This document shows, piece by piece, positions 13,301 through 25,583 of a stretch of 64,000 nt of DNA (position 1 is its first letter; every line of letters starts with the position of its first letter). The DNA is taken from the NCBI GenBank assembly GCA_009103225.1, contig RHPI01002438.1, positions 1,060,755 to 1,124,754 of the forward strand, written 5' to 3'. The position numbers and the translations under genes were made by a program. Below the pieces are notes generated by a model. The model was not told the DNA's origin. It worked only from the letters and a program-made list of their open reading frames with translations, and made no database searches. Origin of the DNA: Chlorokybus atmophyticus. Its lineage: Eukaryota > Plantae > Mesostigma and Chlorokybus algae.

Positions 13301-15084
13301 GTCCTTACCCACCTGCCTGCCTGCCTGTTGGGTGCCTAATGTCGCTGCGGGTTGTGCTAGCATTCATTGCATGCGCTGCTTTGAGCCCCCACCTAGAAGT
13401 TGAGTATAACCACGCATGTGTCGTTGTGCGTGTCATTCTCATTTGCATCTGTTTGCTTGACATGTCTAACAACATGTTTGTGACACGGTGGTAGTGACAA
13501 TGATGGCATCACATTAATGGCCAAAGTTATATAACCATTAATCCCAAAGGGGTTTGAAACTTTAGAGAAGAGATTATCCTAGTATGATTTAACAGCATGC
13601 ACTAGCATATGTTAGCATGTGTGTTGATAGGTTAGCACTCACTGGTGCGGGTAAGGCATGTTCGCAAGCAACTAGATGGGTTGAGGGAGCGCTGCGCAGC
13701 AAATGTTGTGCAACTTTTACACAAAGCCTCAAGGCCCAATGTGCATGATGTATTTGCATACTTTATGGGCCATTTGTGTGCCGTATGTGTGGGGTGCCTA
13801 GCTAGTTGCTGCTAGGGGCTTTTTCCATCATGGAAAAAGTGTCAATGATCAACACTTGTAAACGGCGGCGGTGGCGGTGGTGCCAGGATGGGCGCCTCTG
13901 CAGACGGTGCCACCAACGGTGGAGGAGAATGCCGTCCTCGCTGGGGCGGCGTGAGCAGTCTCAATGTACGTGACATTGTACGCTGGCGCATGTAGTTGAT
14001 AGTTGTTGAGTTTGGTTGGTTGTATTAGGCAAAGACGTGACCTGGACCCTTGCTCGTGTTGTCATTGTAATGTATACGTGTATGTGGGTGTAGGAGCAGT
14101 GATACGCGCACGTATGTACGCCACTTAAGGAGGGGGGGGAGAGGGGGAGGGGGGGTGTTCCTTCCAGAAGATCAGATCCCTGAATGTAATGTTGCAAGAC
14201 ATCCACTTACATGATGTAAGTCCTAATACTTGTATGCATAGGGTTGCCATGTTGTGCGAAAGATATACACGATTTCATGCGCAGCACACAAGCCAACCAC
14301 TCTCTGCAACAGTAAAATACAAGCTCAATAGTCTGTGCATATCGCAATGGCGAGTGTGTATCACACGCACACAGTTGCTACAGACCTTGCAAGTCCTCCC
14401 CAAGTGTCCTGTGTTGTATGTACAATAAAAGCAATCAAGTCAGGCATTATCACAATACCTACGAGGCTTGGCACTCTCAGCCATGTTCGCCAAGTTTGGG
14501 AAGCATACGCTGGCATGTGGGCCTGTGCTTGTGCGTGTGTATGTCATGTGGGCCATGCAATGGTAAGTCACATGCACAGCATTGCATGTATTCTACACAC
14601 TGCGACTTGCCTGACTCCAAGCCACCAGATTTATCTAACTTGTGTCTCACCAAGCAATATTGGCGAGCGATGTGCATACTCTGAAACGACAAAGATTTGC
14701 CGAACGTTCATAACTTGTTGCAGTCCACATGCAGAGTAGCTGCATTGCATACTGTAGCGTAACGTGTGTATGCCATCGCACACTGGCAGCTAGCTATGAG
14801 GTCAGGACGACTACCGTGAACACACAAGACTTTCGCCACACAAAACATGTTGTAACAAGTGTGAACGATGTTTGTGACAGTTGCAGCCTGTAAGATATGC
14901 AAAGCCAATCGAGCCAACAAAGCGGCTTGCCAACAGGCCAAGCGGCTGGCAATTGTGGTTGCCTTTTCTCAATGCGCGTCAACTAGGCAGGTAACTCTGT
15001 ACATGTTATAACGGCAAGCTGACTACTCTACGAGGCGACACTACAATCAGGGGTGTGACAGCAGTGCGTGGATCAACTCAGTTA

Positions 15085-18000
15085 TCATTGATTGGCTTGC
15101 ATGTGTGTGGGTTTGTCTTTGGAGGCGGCCAATGCTGGGGCAACAGTGGCAAGAGGCAGCGATTGGAATGAGTCGAAGCCCATATACACCCGCATCAGGT
15201 ACCCTCCACTGGGGTCCGTCACTAAGTGCTTAACTAGCTGCAGGCGCATGCTGTTCGGGGCCACAGCGAACATCCACAATGCAAACTTGAGCAGGTCGGT
15301 GGAAGAGAGGGAAGAAGACAGGAAGCCACGCCATTGGCTGCATGTTGCGGGTCAGAGCCAGCAAAGGCAACCTAGTCCAGTTGGCTGCATGTGATGCTGT
15401 GTTATGACAACTTACCTTTCTGGAAGCTTAAAGAAGGTTGAGAAGAAAACACATGTATCCGCCAAGTCCAGCGTCAGCAGCAATTCCATACCAAACACAA
15501 AAAATGCAGCCTGTCGTTTCCTTTCCCTAGGCCACAGTGTCTCCCATGCTGTACAATTGGGAGCATGCTGTCAGTTCAAGGCACGCTGTGCTGTCGCCCA
15601 AACAATTCCAGGCTATGTGGTGATGTGCTGCGCATCAATCAATTGCGGCAGAAGCCTCACCTTGCCTTGCGGCCTCTGGTCGTTTGACTTGACTGCTATG
15701 TGAGCCTGAATCTTTCAAAGCGGCCGCAATTGCTTCAGCAAGCCTAGGAGCTTCGGATAGTGACCTTGCAACAGAGTATCCTGCGCTCACACACAACAAC
15801 TTAACGCCTGCAGTTGAATCCACCCCTTGATTGTTGTAAATCGTTCAACACACCTTCATGCTGATGCGCATCGCATTGGGCACACAGCAGAGCCTGCGCT
15901 AAGATAGCGTGCATGATTGAGGCGGACACATACCTGTTGCGGGATGAACAAGGTTTGCAGCCGCTCCAAAACCAACATGGTGTTGGGTAGTTGAAGGTAA
16001 TGGACCACCAACAGGTATGTATGACCACTCCTACACCAGCAAAACGTAATGCAGTGTTCAGTGCTGCTGTGTTTGATCCCACGTGTTCTGCACGATTCTT
16101 CATGATGTATGCCAATATATGAATGAAGAACTGCACACCATGTTCAAAACATACCCACCTCCTCAATTACTCGCTTGACCCGCACGCCCATGGCATCCAG
16201 CCTTCGCTGTAACCTCTGCTTCAACTCATCAAAAGACAGAGCAGGCCGTGCCACCAAACAAGTTTCCTGCAGGGCATGGCAGACTGTGATTACCTCGCCC
16301 ACTGGAGCTGATGTGAAGACAATTACGCTTGCTGCCACTGCTACTCACCTCCAAAAATACAATATTGCCCTCGATAGGCATTGCATATAAAAATGTGGGG
16401 CTTGATGTCTCCGTGGGATGAGCGCCTGCTGGTGATCGATAGTCCATAAATAGCATAGCTTCTTTATCATATGGGTAATCCTCAACCTGCATGTGTTGTC
16501 AGGCACTTCATTTCAGCTGCTGAGGGAAAAAGCTGCACCGATGCACACCAGTTGTTAGCTGCATACCTCAGCCTCTATACCATATGCGGTTTGCACACCA
16601 GTGTCCAGCCCACTATCCTCGTACTTCAAAAATTTGCCACTTGCAGCCCCAGCACACACAGTCACCAGCCTGCGAAGGTAGGTTTAGGAGTGTGTTGAGC
16701 GGAAAAAGCTGTAAACACTCAACCAGACACGACCTCAACCGGTAACCTCCCTGAATGCAGGCCCTCAAATCATGTTACCTTGCTGTGATACGCGAGCCAT
16801 TGTCGCAAATGAGGATCGAGCCATTGGCACCATCGATTACAGCATCATCCACAGCACTGTTGAGGTATAGCACTCCAGTAGCCTGACATCTGCAAGGCAT
16901 TCAAACAAAAATGTCAGTGCACTTCTGACTCCTGCCCACCACCTCTGCTGCACAAGGATCTCCTAGCTGTACCATGAGCTATATCCGTTGACCTGCTGCT
17001 ATACGCAATGCCACCAAGCAACGGTTAAGCTGATCACAACAGATTGCCATAACCTAACACGACAACCTTCTGTCCGTCCCTCTGTCTGTGTCAAACGTCT
17101 ACACCTTATGTTGGAAACTGCTTGCCACTGCGTGTTGAGTTTTCTTGAGGCATGGTGATGGTAGCCACCATGTGACTATGGCTTCAAGTGCGGCAATGCA
17201 TGCTGAAATTGATGGAAAGGTTTTTACCTTCTTAGCAACTCTTGTCGTAGCCTTTCTCGTGAAACCCTCGCATACGCCCTGTCAACCCGGACCGGCTGGT
17301 CTGAATTGAAATAGCACTCTGTTTGCTGCCAAACCTGGTCCACGGTGTGCTCCAGTCCCAAGGCTGGAAGCAACATAAAAAGCCCAATGAGTCGGAGCCA
17401 AGGTGCTGCTGCTGTGGCATGTTGGATCCCATTTGCTCGCATGCTTGAGGCAAAATACATAGAGCAACACACATCGCACACGGATGCTGTCAAGGTGTGC
17501 AAGGCATGCTGTGATCAACCGTCACTTGCTGACTGCATTACCTTGAAATTCATCATGCCAAACGCCATAGTTGTTCACAAAAGGCATATCTGGCCCAATG
17601 AGCGTCACAGTGAGGCCGCGCCCTGCAGCTTCAGCAGCCAACGCCAGGCCCGCAGGGCCGCAACCCACTACGGCCAGATCCACCTGCCCATGCTCGTCTG
17701 GCCTATATGATTCAAGCTGCCAGGAACAAAGGAACTCTAAGCATCCGCAGAGTTATACCACGCAAACCACCCCTTTGCGCAATGTGGCAGCAAGTTGCTT
17801 AGACTGTTGTGTGGATGTTTTGCGCATGCATGTGCATTTGCTCCATACAGCAAGTGACAACATACCTGCTCTGCAATGGGCGTTTGATCCAGCTGCTTCT
17901 GCGCTTGCCGTTGAACTAAACCGATGTCTGCGCCACCGGCCTTGATGTAGTCCTGCTCGGCGGCCGTCCGCACTGCACATTGCACCCCGCCTACCCTCTT

Positions 18001-18177
18001 TCTGCTGAAAGCTCTGTGCGGCCGGGCTGGCCTGCTGCGCAATGCAGCAGCCCCATTGTGCCGGCCGGTGCCGCTGCTAGATGCCGCAGCTAGCGCAGCA
18101 ACGCTGACGCCAGCCGCAGCAAAAGGCACAGTGACGGCTGGCTGAAAACCCGCCAATGCCTGCAACCCCATGTGCAT
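15085..18177 (-). CDS. LCYE: Lycopene epsilon-cyclase (about 11 exons)
   Basis: LCYE-typical DYIKAGG N-terminal motif, DLAVVGCGPAGLAL, NNYGVWHDEF, VQTAYGIEAE, FLYAMP, EETCLVARP, EWSYIPVGGPLP, AANLVHPATGYSV, FFVFGMELL, WRGFLSSSLSSTDL. Confidence 0.92.
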
Positions 18178-18674
18178 GGTGCGCACACACGCCAGTCACC
18201 CCAGCTGCACGCACCAACCAGTGAGCGACAACCGGCTCAGCTCACAGCAACGAGACCCCTCAAGTATGCAGCTCCATTACTATACAGCCCACCGTCACCT
18301 TCCACCGCTGTGTTCAGGCGACAATGGCGACATTAACGAGGGCTCTGCTGGCAATGCCGCCCACACCAAGCATGCTGCTGGCCACACGGAAGCAATAACG
18401 TTACTATACGGACGTTAGCTGCTAGCGTCCTTGCGCTGTTATTGGCCAGAAGGCACAATTGTCGGGTGATCTGGATTGAGAAGCACCGCAAACGGCCTAG
18501 ATCGTGCGATCTGGTTACATCTGAGTTTGGCGGGGCGGCAGCATGGCTGGGCTTGTGGCCAGCGCTGGTGGTGGTGTGGCCGGCGTGCGGCGGGGCGATG
18601 CCTGGCAGCGTGGCATGTGAGCTTAGGTGACTCGGGCGGTGCTAGTAGTATTCACAGAGCTTTTATTGCTCGCT

Positions 18675-21600
18675 ATGACAGCAACGCTGCTGGCACCCGC
18701 GTCTGCGGCGGCGGCCACGGCACCAGCCACAACGCTGCTGCTGTCAGCACCGCACAGCGCTGCTTCAGCTTCAGCTATTACACGGGTTGGCGGCGGTAGG
18801 CGCAAGGTGCAGCAGGGGCGCTCGGCGCATGTGGAGCAACAGCAGCTGTGCAGGAGCAGCAGACGATTGCAAGCAGGAGGAGCAGGCTTGGGGCATCCTG
18901 CCACAGCACATGTCTGTAGCAGTAGTACACGCTTGTCAGCACGGTGCACGCTGACTGCCACAGCTGCTGAAGCTGGACACGGTGTCGCTCACCCCAAGGA
19001 TGGGCTGAAGCTGAGCTCGGAGCTGCCACTGCTAACGCCTGAGCAGGGCGGGAATTTGGATGTGGTGGTTGCTGGTTGCGGGCCTGCTGGCCTGGCCGTT
19101 GCTGAAAGGGCTTCAGCAGCTGGCCTGCGAGTTGTTCTTGTTGATCCCGCTCCTCTGTCTTTATGGCCGAATAATTACGGCGTTTGGGTGGATGAGTTCG
19201 TGGAGCTGGTGAGTGCTAGCGTCTCCGGCCTTGGACTGTTGATGGTGGCATTGGCTCATTACAGTAGCAAAGCAAGTTGTAACCAACTGTCTCAATACGT
19301 CATGGATCCCCGCATGCTGCTAAATGTTGCACATCATGGAAGCCTGCATGTCAGGGTTGTTGTCTTTATTGTAGGTTAGTTATCTGGCTGCTGGAAAGGG
19401 ACACAACTCTACTTTACAACTGTCAGAACTTGTGGTTGATCTACAATTTGAAGATGACAATGGGCAGCTTCGTGGAAAGCTTCTGCCTGCCTTGAGTCAG
19501 CTGTACGCAGGGCTTGGAGGATTGCTTGGATGTCATATGGCCGCGTGCAAGTGTGTTTCTCGAAGAGAACGATCGAAGGGAGTTGCGAAGACCATATGGT
19601 CGAGTAGATAGGCCAAAACTTAAACAGCAACTTTTGCAACGGTGCATTGAGAACGGCGTGCTATTTTTCAAAGCTAAGGTAAGCAGCTCATCTTTACAGC
19701 AGTCTGATAACTGTGCAAGTATCACACTAGCAGCGAGTTGTTGATCATGCGTAGTATGTGGCTGAGCTGCATGCATTCGCACTTACAGGTGGACAGTGTT
19801 GCGCACTCTGAAGGAAGCAGCGACATCACCTGCAGCGACGGGACAGTCCTTAGGACGATTGCGGTCCTGGATGCTACAGGGCATTCTCGACGGCTTGTCG
19901 AGTTTGATGAGCCATTTGACCCCGGTTTTCAGGCTGCCTATGGCATCATGGCTGAGGTAACAAGCCTCTGCTGAGCTGAGAGAGTTCTTGTTGTGCAAGC
20001 ATCTGCAGGTCTGTTGCATGCACACCAACCCTACTTCTGGCAGGTCGAGTCACATCCGTTTGATCTTGACGCCATGCTGTTCATGGACTGGAGAGACTCT
20101 CATCTACGCGATCATCCAGAACTGCATAAATATAATGAGCAGCTGCCAACATTTTTGTATGCCATGCCCTTCTCCAAAACAAAAATTTTTCTAGGTAAGC
20201 CTCAAGGCTGGCAGCCTTGATATGCCAAATGCTTTCTTCCTGACAGTGTGGCACTGTGTTTTTATGCATTCAAAGTGTGTTGGCGCCTGTTGGCGTCGCA
20301 GTGCTGGTATTTATAGTGTATCATGCAGAGGAGACATCGCTCGTTGCACGGCCGCCTGTTCCTTTTGACACGCTGAAGGAGCGTCTAGACCTCAGGCTAA
20401 AACATCTGGGTATTACAGTGAAGGCAATTGAGGAATCAGAGTGAGTATGCGCATGCATAGGAACATACGCCCACACGTCCACCAGCTGGTGCACATGCTG
20501 AGCTAGCTTGGGTGGCTTCTTTGCTTGAGCTCGTGTTGGTTATGCAGATACTGTTTAATACCCATGGGCGGCGTCTTGCCCAAGATTCCCCAAAGAGTGT
20601 TGGGCATTGGTGGAACTGCTGGTTTGGTTCACCCGTCTACAGGTTCGTCCAGTTAGCCTTTGTGTGGTTCAATTTTGCTGTTGACAGCGCATCAGGGCAC
20701 TCATACTACACGCTTGTTTGCCTTGTGTATGAGCAGGCTACATGATATCCAGAACGCTGTCTGCAGCACCTGCTTTAGCAGATGCCCTTGTAGTGCAGCT
20801 GTTGGAACAGAAAAGGAGAGCTGCTGCCTCCAGTCAACAGACAGCAGATACTGCAGTGGATCCATCTGTCATTTCATCAACAGTCTGGAGGTCACTGTGG
20901 CCACTATCGCGGTTACGACAACGAGAGTTCTTCACTTTTGGCATGGACGTACTGTTGCAGGTACGCTGTGATGATTTGTCATGTCTTTCCATACATGTGT
21001 GCCTTACCTTGGAGTAGTAGCTAGCTTAAGGTGCTGAGTATACATGCTGCGGACTGCTAGCAAAGCGAGTTGTTAATCTGTCAAGTTACAAGAAAGTTGC
21101 TTTCACCTTACCTTGCTTTCACCTTACCTTGGAGTAGAAGCTAGCTTAAGGTGCTTATGATACATTCTGCGGACTGCTAGTGAAGTGAGTTGTTAATCTG
21201 TCAAGTTACAAGAACTCAAGTGAAAGCAACTTTCTTGTAACTTGACAGATTCACTTGAGTGAAAGCAACTTTCTTCACTTTCTCTGTCAATGGTTGGGTT
21301 GGAAGACACAGCTGCTGTCTCCTGTTTCACGGTTGCACTTTCACAGCTGGATCTGAAGGGCACGCGCGAGTTCTTCAAATCATTCTTCTCCCTATCTGAC
21401 TTCCACTGGCAAGGATTCCTCTCATCAAGGCTGTCAATCACCGAGGTATGCCTCATGCATGGCGTAGTTCAGCGCATTAGGAGAAGTTGGCGATGACAGC
21501 CTACGTGCTTGCAAGTTGTCAGAGCATTTCTTAGTTATTGTGAATGTAAGGGTTGCCTCGAAGCTTACTTGACATCTCATTGTGTGACAGTTAATAGGCT

Positions 21601-21710
21601 TTGGGCTATCGCTCTTTGTGCATGCCAGCAACACTGCGAGGCTGAACTTGATGGTGAAAGGCCTGCCGGGTCTTTTGAAAATGGCAAAGGAGCTGAGCAC
21701 TCTGCGATAG
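18675..21710 (+). CDS. LCYB: Lycopene beta-cyclase (about 9 exons)
   Basis: DVVVAGCGPAGLAVA, WPNNYGVWVDEF, RPYGRVDRPKLK, LDATGHSRRLVEFDEPFDPGFQAAYGIMAEVESHPFDLDAMLFMDWRD, EETSLVARP, IPMGGVLP, GGTAGLVHPSTG, REFFTFGMDVLL. Stop codon at 21708-21710. Confidence 0.93.
21003..21280. repeat. Tandem ~120-bp duplication followed by a nested inverted repeat inside an LCYB intron
   Basis: ccttaccttggagtag..ttaatctgtcaagttacaagaa occurs twice (about 21003-21094 and 21122-21214). 21075-21106 is the exact reverse complement of 21220-21251. Confidence 0.9.
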
Positions 21711-23329
21711 CCACTTGGTATGAGGAACAGCACCCGTGTCAGCATTGGCATTTAAGTGGTATGTTTTGTACAGGTCCCTGTTGACATTCTACAGCTTATT
21801 GTATTGCTGCACTGCGCACACAGAGTGCCGGTGCGAGCTACCAATGTGACAAGCTGTGTACAGGATGGGTCAGCCACCACATTGTTGCTAGATACTTGGC
21901 CTCTGGTGGATAGGCTTCAGTGGTGCATGCCTCTTGTGGCGCCCTGTCAGCACGTGCACTGTCAGGCATTTGCATGTAGTGCGTGGCAACCATAGAGCAA
22001 GCACATCGCTGTGCGCGTGTACTCATTCATCAGCAACTTCAGGGCTCAGCATTTGGGGCTGGCTTAGGCCTCCAAGAGTTGTCATCCAAACAAAACCAGC
22101 AAACAGTACCACCTAAGGAAGGCCAAAGGCAGGGATGCCAGCAGGCTAATTGACGCCAAGCAGATTGTTGTATGCATAACTCTCGAGCGCTGCTACTGGC
22201 AGCGCCAAGTGTGCAGCCGTGCTAGTCCAAACCCACTGCTGTATGCGCTAGTGGCGGCTCCAGACTGATAGCAAATGGTACAGCCGTGCGGTGCTCTAGG
22301 TCCACAGTCCTGTCGTGCATTTTATGTACAGCGTATTGCCGCGCATCCTGCAATACATGGTGAGGCTTATAATCTCTCTCGTCATCTGTTGGGAGGTTGT
22401 AGTGCAACCGTTGTACATGTGTTGCTCTGATGTGATAACTGGTGTAATTGTGACTGCAGGCGCGCTGCGCATGCATGTGGTATCGATTGACTGGTAAGGT
22501 AGGGAGCAACTCGTGCAGTGTGCATTTGTACAATTATACGTATTAAGTGTATAAGCTGGTTGCGCGGAGGTTGCCCGGCTGTGTGTGGCCACGGATATCA
22601 TCATGTTGTAAGAACAAAGAGGACATGGCACATAGGACCCAGCCCCCAGTTTGCAATACATAGCACATTTGTGCAAAAGGGGTATGCTGTGCCAGCAAGC
22701 ATGGTGTACGAAGTATGCAATGAGGGATGTGTGTACAAAAGCCCAACGAGGGAATTAACTGCAACGCATGCCATGTGTGTACGAAGTATGCAATGGGGTG
22801 CATGTGGTTGTTGTGTGTGGTTACGCACTGTAGCAAAAGACACTCGAACACTTCGTATTGCAATAGAAAGTAATCTGTGCAAGGTGGTGCCTTCCTTCAA
22901 TGGGGGTTCCATGCTACTTATGGTCTGGTTGCAAGTTCACCAAGCCCAACCACACATGCATTACGCACTTCACAACACACACTACACGCGACATGAACAT
23001 CGCTGTGTTACGCTCACAACGCTCCCGCCAGCCACATGTCCTCCTTCGTCGAGGACGAAGAATCCGACGACGACGAAGGATACGACGACGACGACGAGTC
23101 TTAAGCAGGGGTGCAGAGCCATGCATGGCTGCCATGGTCGTTCCTAGAGCATTCTAGCCGGTGCATGGTGTGTGCGCCGCAGCGGGCGAACACACACCGT
23201 GCACTGAGAGAACATTATAATGAAGCCGCTCATTCGCCGCAGTGCCCACGTGTACGACGCCCTCCGGTTGTGAGCGCTTTGAGTTGAGGACTTGGAGAAA
23301 GTACTCGCCTACGGTAGGGTACTATGGGT

Positions 23330-25376
23330 CCTCATTGCCATCTGGAAGTAATTCTGACAACCTCTGAGTCTGGCCACGACCGCCACCCGCTGTCGGATGC
23401 CACTACATGTAGCGCCCAGCGCTTAGTAAAATGCTTTTTCGTTGAAACGCTATATCCATCAGTTTGGCCGACAACTGAATCAGCGCCCCGTGATGCGTAC
23501 CAACCAGCAGCCACCGCAGCGCAAAGGGAAGATATTTGCTCAACACCGGCAACCAGATCAAATTCGTAAACTATTACCTACCAAGATGTTGCAACAGTAG
23601 TGACGGTAGTATGTTGAAATACGAATGCACGCAGGTTGTAGACCATGTATGGATGCTCACCTGGCAAATAGTTTGGAAGTTGCCCAAGGACTTGGACATC
23701 TTGGTGTCGTCAACCGTGACCATCCCATTATGTAGTCAGTAACCAACATGTGCGAGCAGGCGGCTTTTGACTGCGCAATCTCATTTTCGTGTGAGAAGAT
23801 CAGGTCTGCTCCACCTCCATGGATGTCAATCCTGTCACGCAGGATGCTCATGCTGCCGATTCGATGGGCCACCCAGGGCTTCCTGGACCCAGGGCAAGTC
23901 CCAGCTAGGTTCTAGCGGTGTAGCTAACTGCAACAGGACAAACAATATGTGAGCCAAGCTGCTCGATGATGATGATGTGTCTGCTTGGCAGCACGCTCAC
24001 TGCACTTGGGAATGTACACCACGCACGCACGCATGCACACATATGCAACTGGCATCGTCTCACGCAAACATGCGCCTGTTGCCCATACGCGCGCGTGTGT
24101 GTGCGCGAGCGGACGGATTGCGTGCTCGCACTACCTGCGGCCAAACGGATCCACATTGCATCATCGGCTGGGTCTCGTTTGCGCACATCTGCCTCCACTC
24201 CCAAATGGCCTGTGGTCGCCTCAACCTCCCCGCCTCGACCCTACAGCTGTCCGTACTCCGCAAAGCTCCTGAGGTTAAAGTACATGTCTCCACCTTGCGT
24301 GTATGCGTGGCCCCGCACAATAACGTTCTGCACATCACCGGTATCAGCAATTACGAAAACTATCATAGCACCCCAACTTGGTCACAGCAAAAGTCCATTT
24401 GCAGGCATAAAGATACGGCTTGTCTCACAAGCAACATGTCTTGAATTGCTAGCTCAGTGTTTTACCTCTGTCATGTCGATAATGTGTCAGCAAAATGTGC
24501 CGTCACGCAAGGCTCACTTGTGGGTGGCAACCAGCCCAGCGCTGCCATGTCTGCATTGGGTCATTGGATAAATTGCTCTGCCAAGACATCTGACTCCTCC
24601 CCAAGCTGTCGAGCACGAGCAATAACCTTGTCATCGAAGTTTGTGACGTTCCTCCCGTACTCCACATCATAGCCAGAACGCCGCACGCACACATCCTGAA
24701 AGATATTCTCAGCATGGGCTCTGATGACTACATCTTGATGGTGTGCATTCAGCAACTGTGCAGAACACGTGAAACACTACGGCCATTTTCCACAGAGAGC
24801 TATGTGCATGGCCATGCAACATATTCATATGCACTGCTGCGAAGGAAACGCATGTATGCGCTGCTGTGTCACAATCAGCTGTCCATAAGGAAGCTGCTTG
24901 TGATGTGAAAACTCACAATTCTGCTGTCGCATGGAACCTTGAAACTACATCGTGTCCCGCATGGCATCTGCAAGCTCAGTTGGGGCCAGCAACACCTCAG
25001 CAGCAGAGCATGCATGCTATAGACTTGTTGTTAAAATGAAACTGCCATTGACTGTTTGGTCGTGCTTTCATAATGCACAAAAGGCAATGCACGAGTGCTG
25101 GCTTGTGCACACACCAAGGTGAAGTAAGAGGCGGAAAAGGACATCGAATGCCACATACACCCGGGCATGGCCAATGTGACTGTAATTATATGCTGTGACG
25201 CCGCAGGCGTACATGGCCACTTTGCCAGACGTGTCCACCACAAACTGCTCCTTGCTCCTGCTGAAGGTGCTGTACAACCAGAGCTCAGGCCTGGTGGAGG
25301 AGGAGGAGGTACTGGTGAAGGAGGACGAGGGTGAAGAGGGCGTCTGCGCATGCAAGTGGGAGGAAGCGCTCGCCAC
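23330..25376 (-). pseudogene. cysS: Cysteinyl-tRNA synthetase pseudogene, 3'-truncated
   Basis: Motifs [40 protein letters not shown] are recognisable. In-frame TGA codons at 24561-24563 and 23736-23738. Frameshifts across the PWG-PGW-IEC segment. HHENE is reduced to SHENE. Confidence 0.85.
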
Positions 25377-25583
25377 GTCCCAGCTTCGGGAGGGAGCATC
25401 AGCACCAGCTGAGCTACAAACCCTAACGCAATAAGCAATGCTTCTTTTCTCACTTCTTGCCCCGTTTAGCGTTTCCCCAGTTCAAACATTTTGAATATTC
25501 TTTGTCGGCAACCGTGTGCTTGTCGGCGATGGGGGTGGCGACGGGGGCGGCGGAGGTGTTAATCTGAGAGGCGAGCATATTTC

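Noticed and set aside
12688-14941. ORFs of 60-154 aa in the 12.7-15 kb intergenic region
   Set aside because: Low-complexity, overlapping in several frames, with no motifs or coherent splice sites. Probably repeat remnants.
12247-23295. Short shared motif tccaagtcctc / gaggacttgga at about 12250 and 23285
   Set aside because: Only about 11 bp with no extended homology.
23736-24563. TGA recoding (Trp/Sec) suggested by in-frame TGAs in cysS
   Set aside because: The same gene has frameshifts, one TGA is not at a Trp position, and LCYE and UKL end in TGA.
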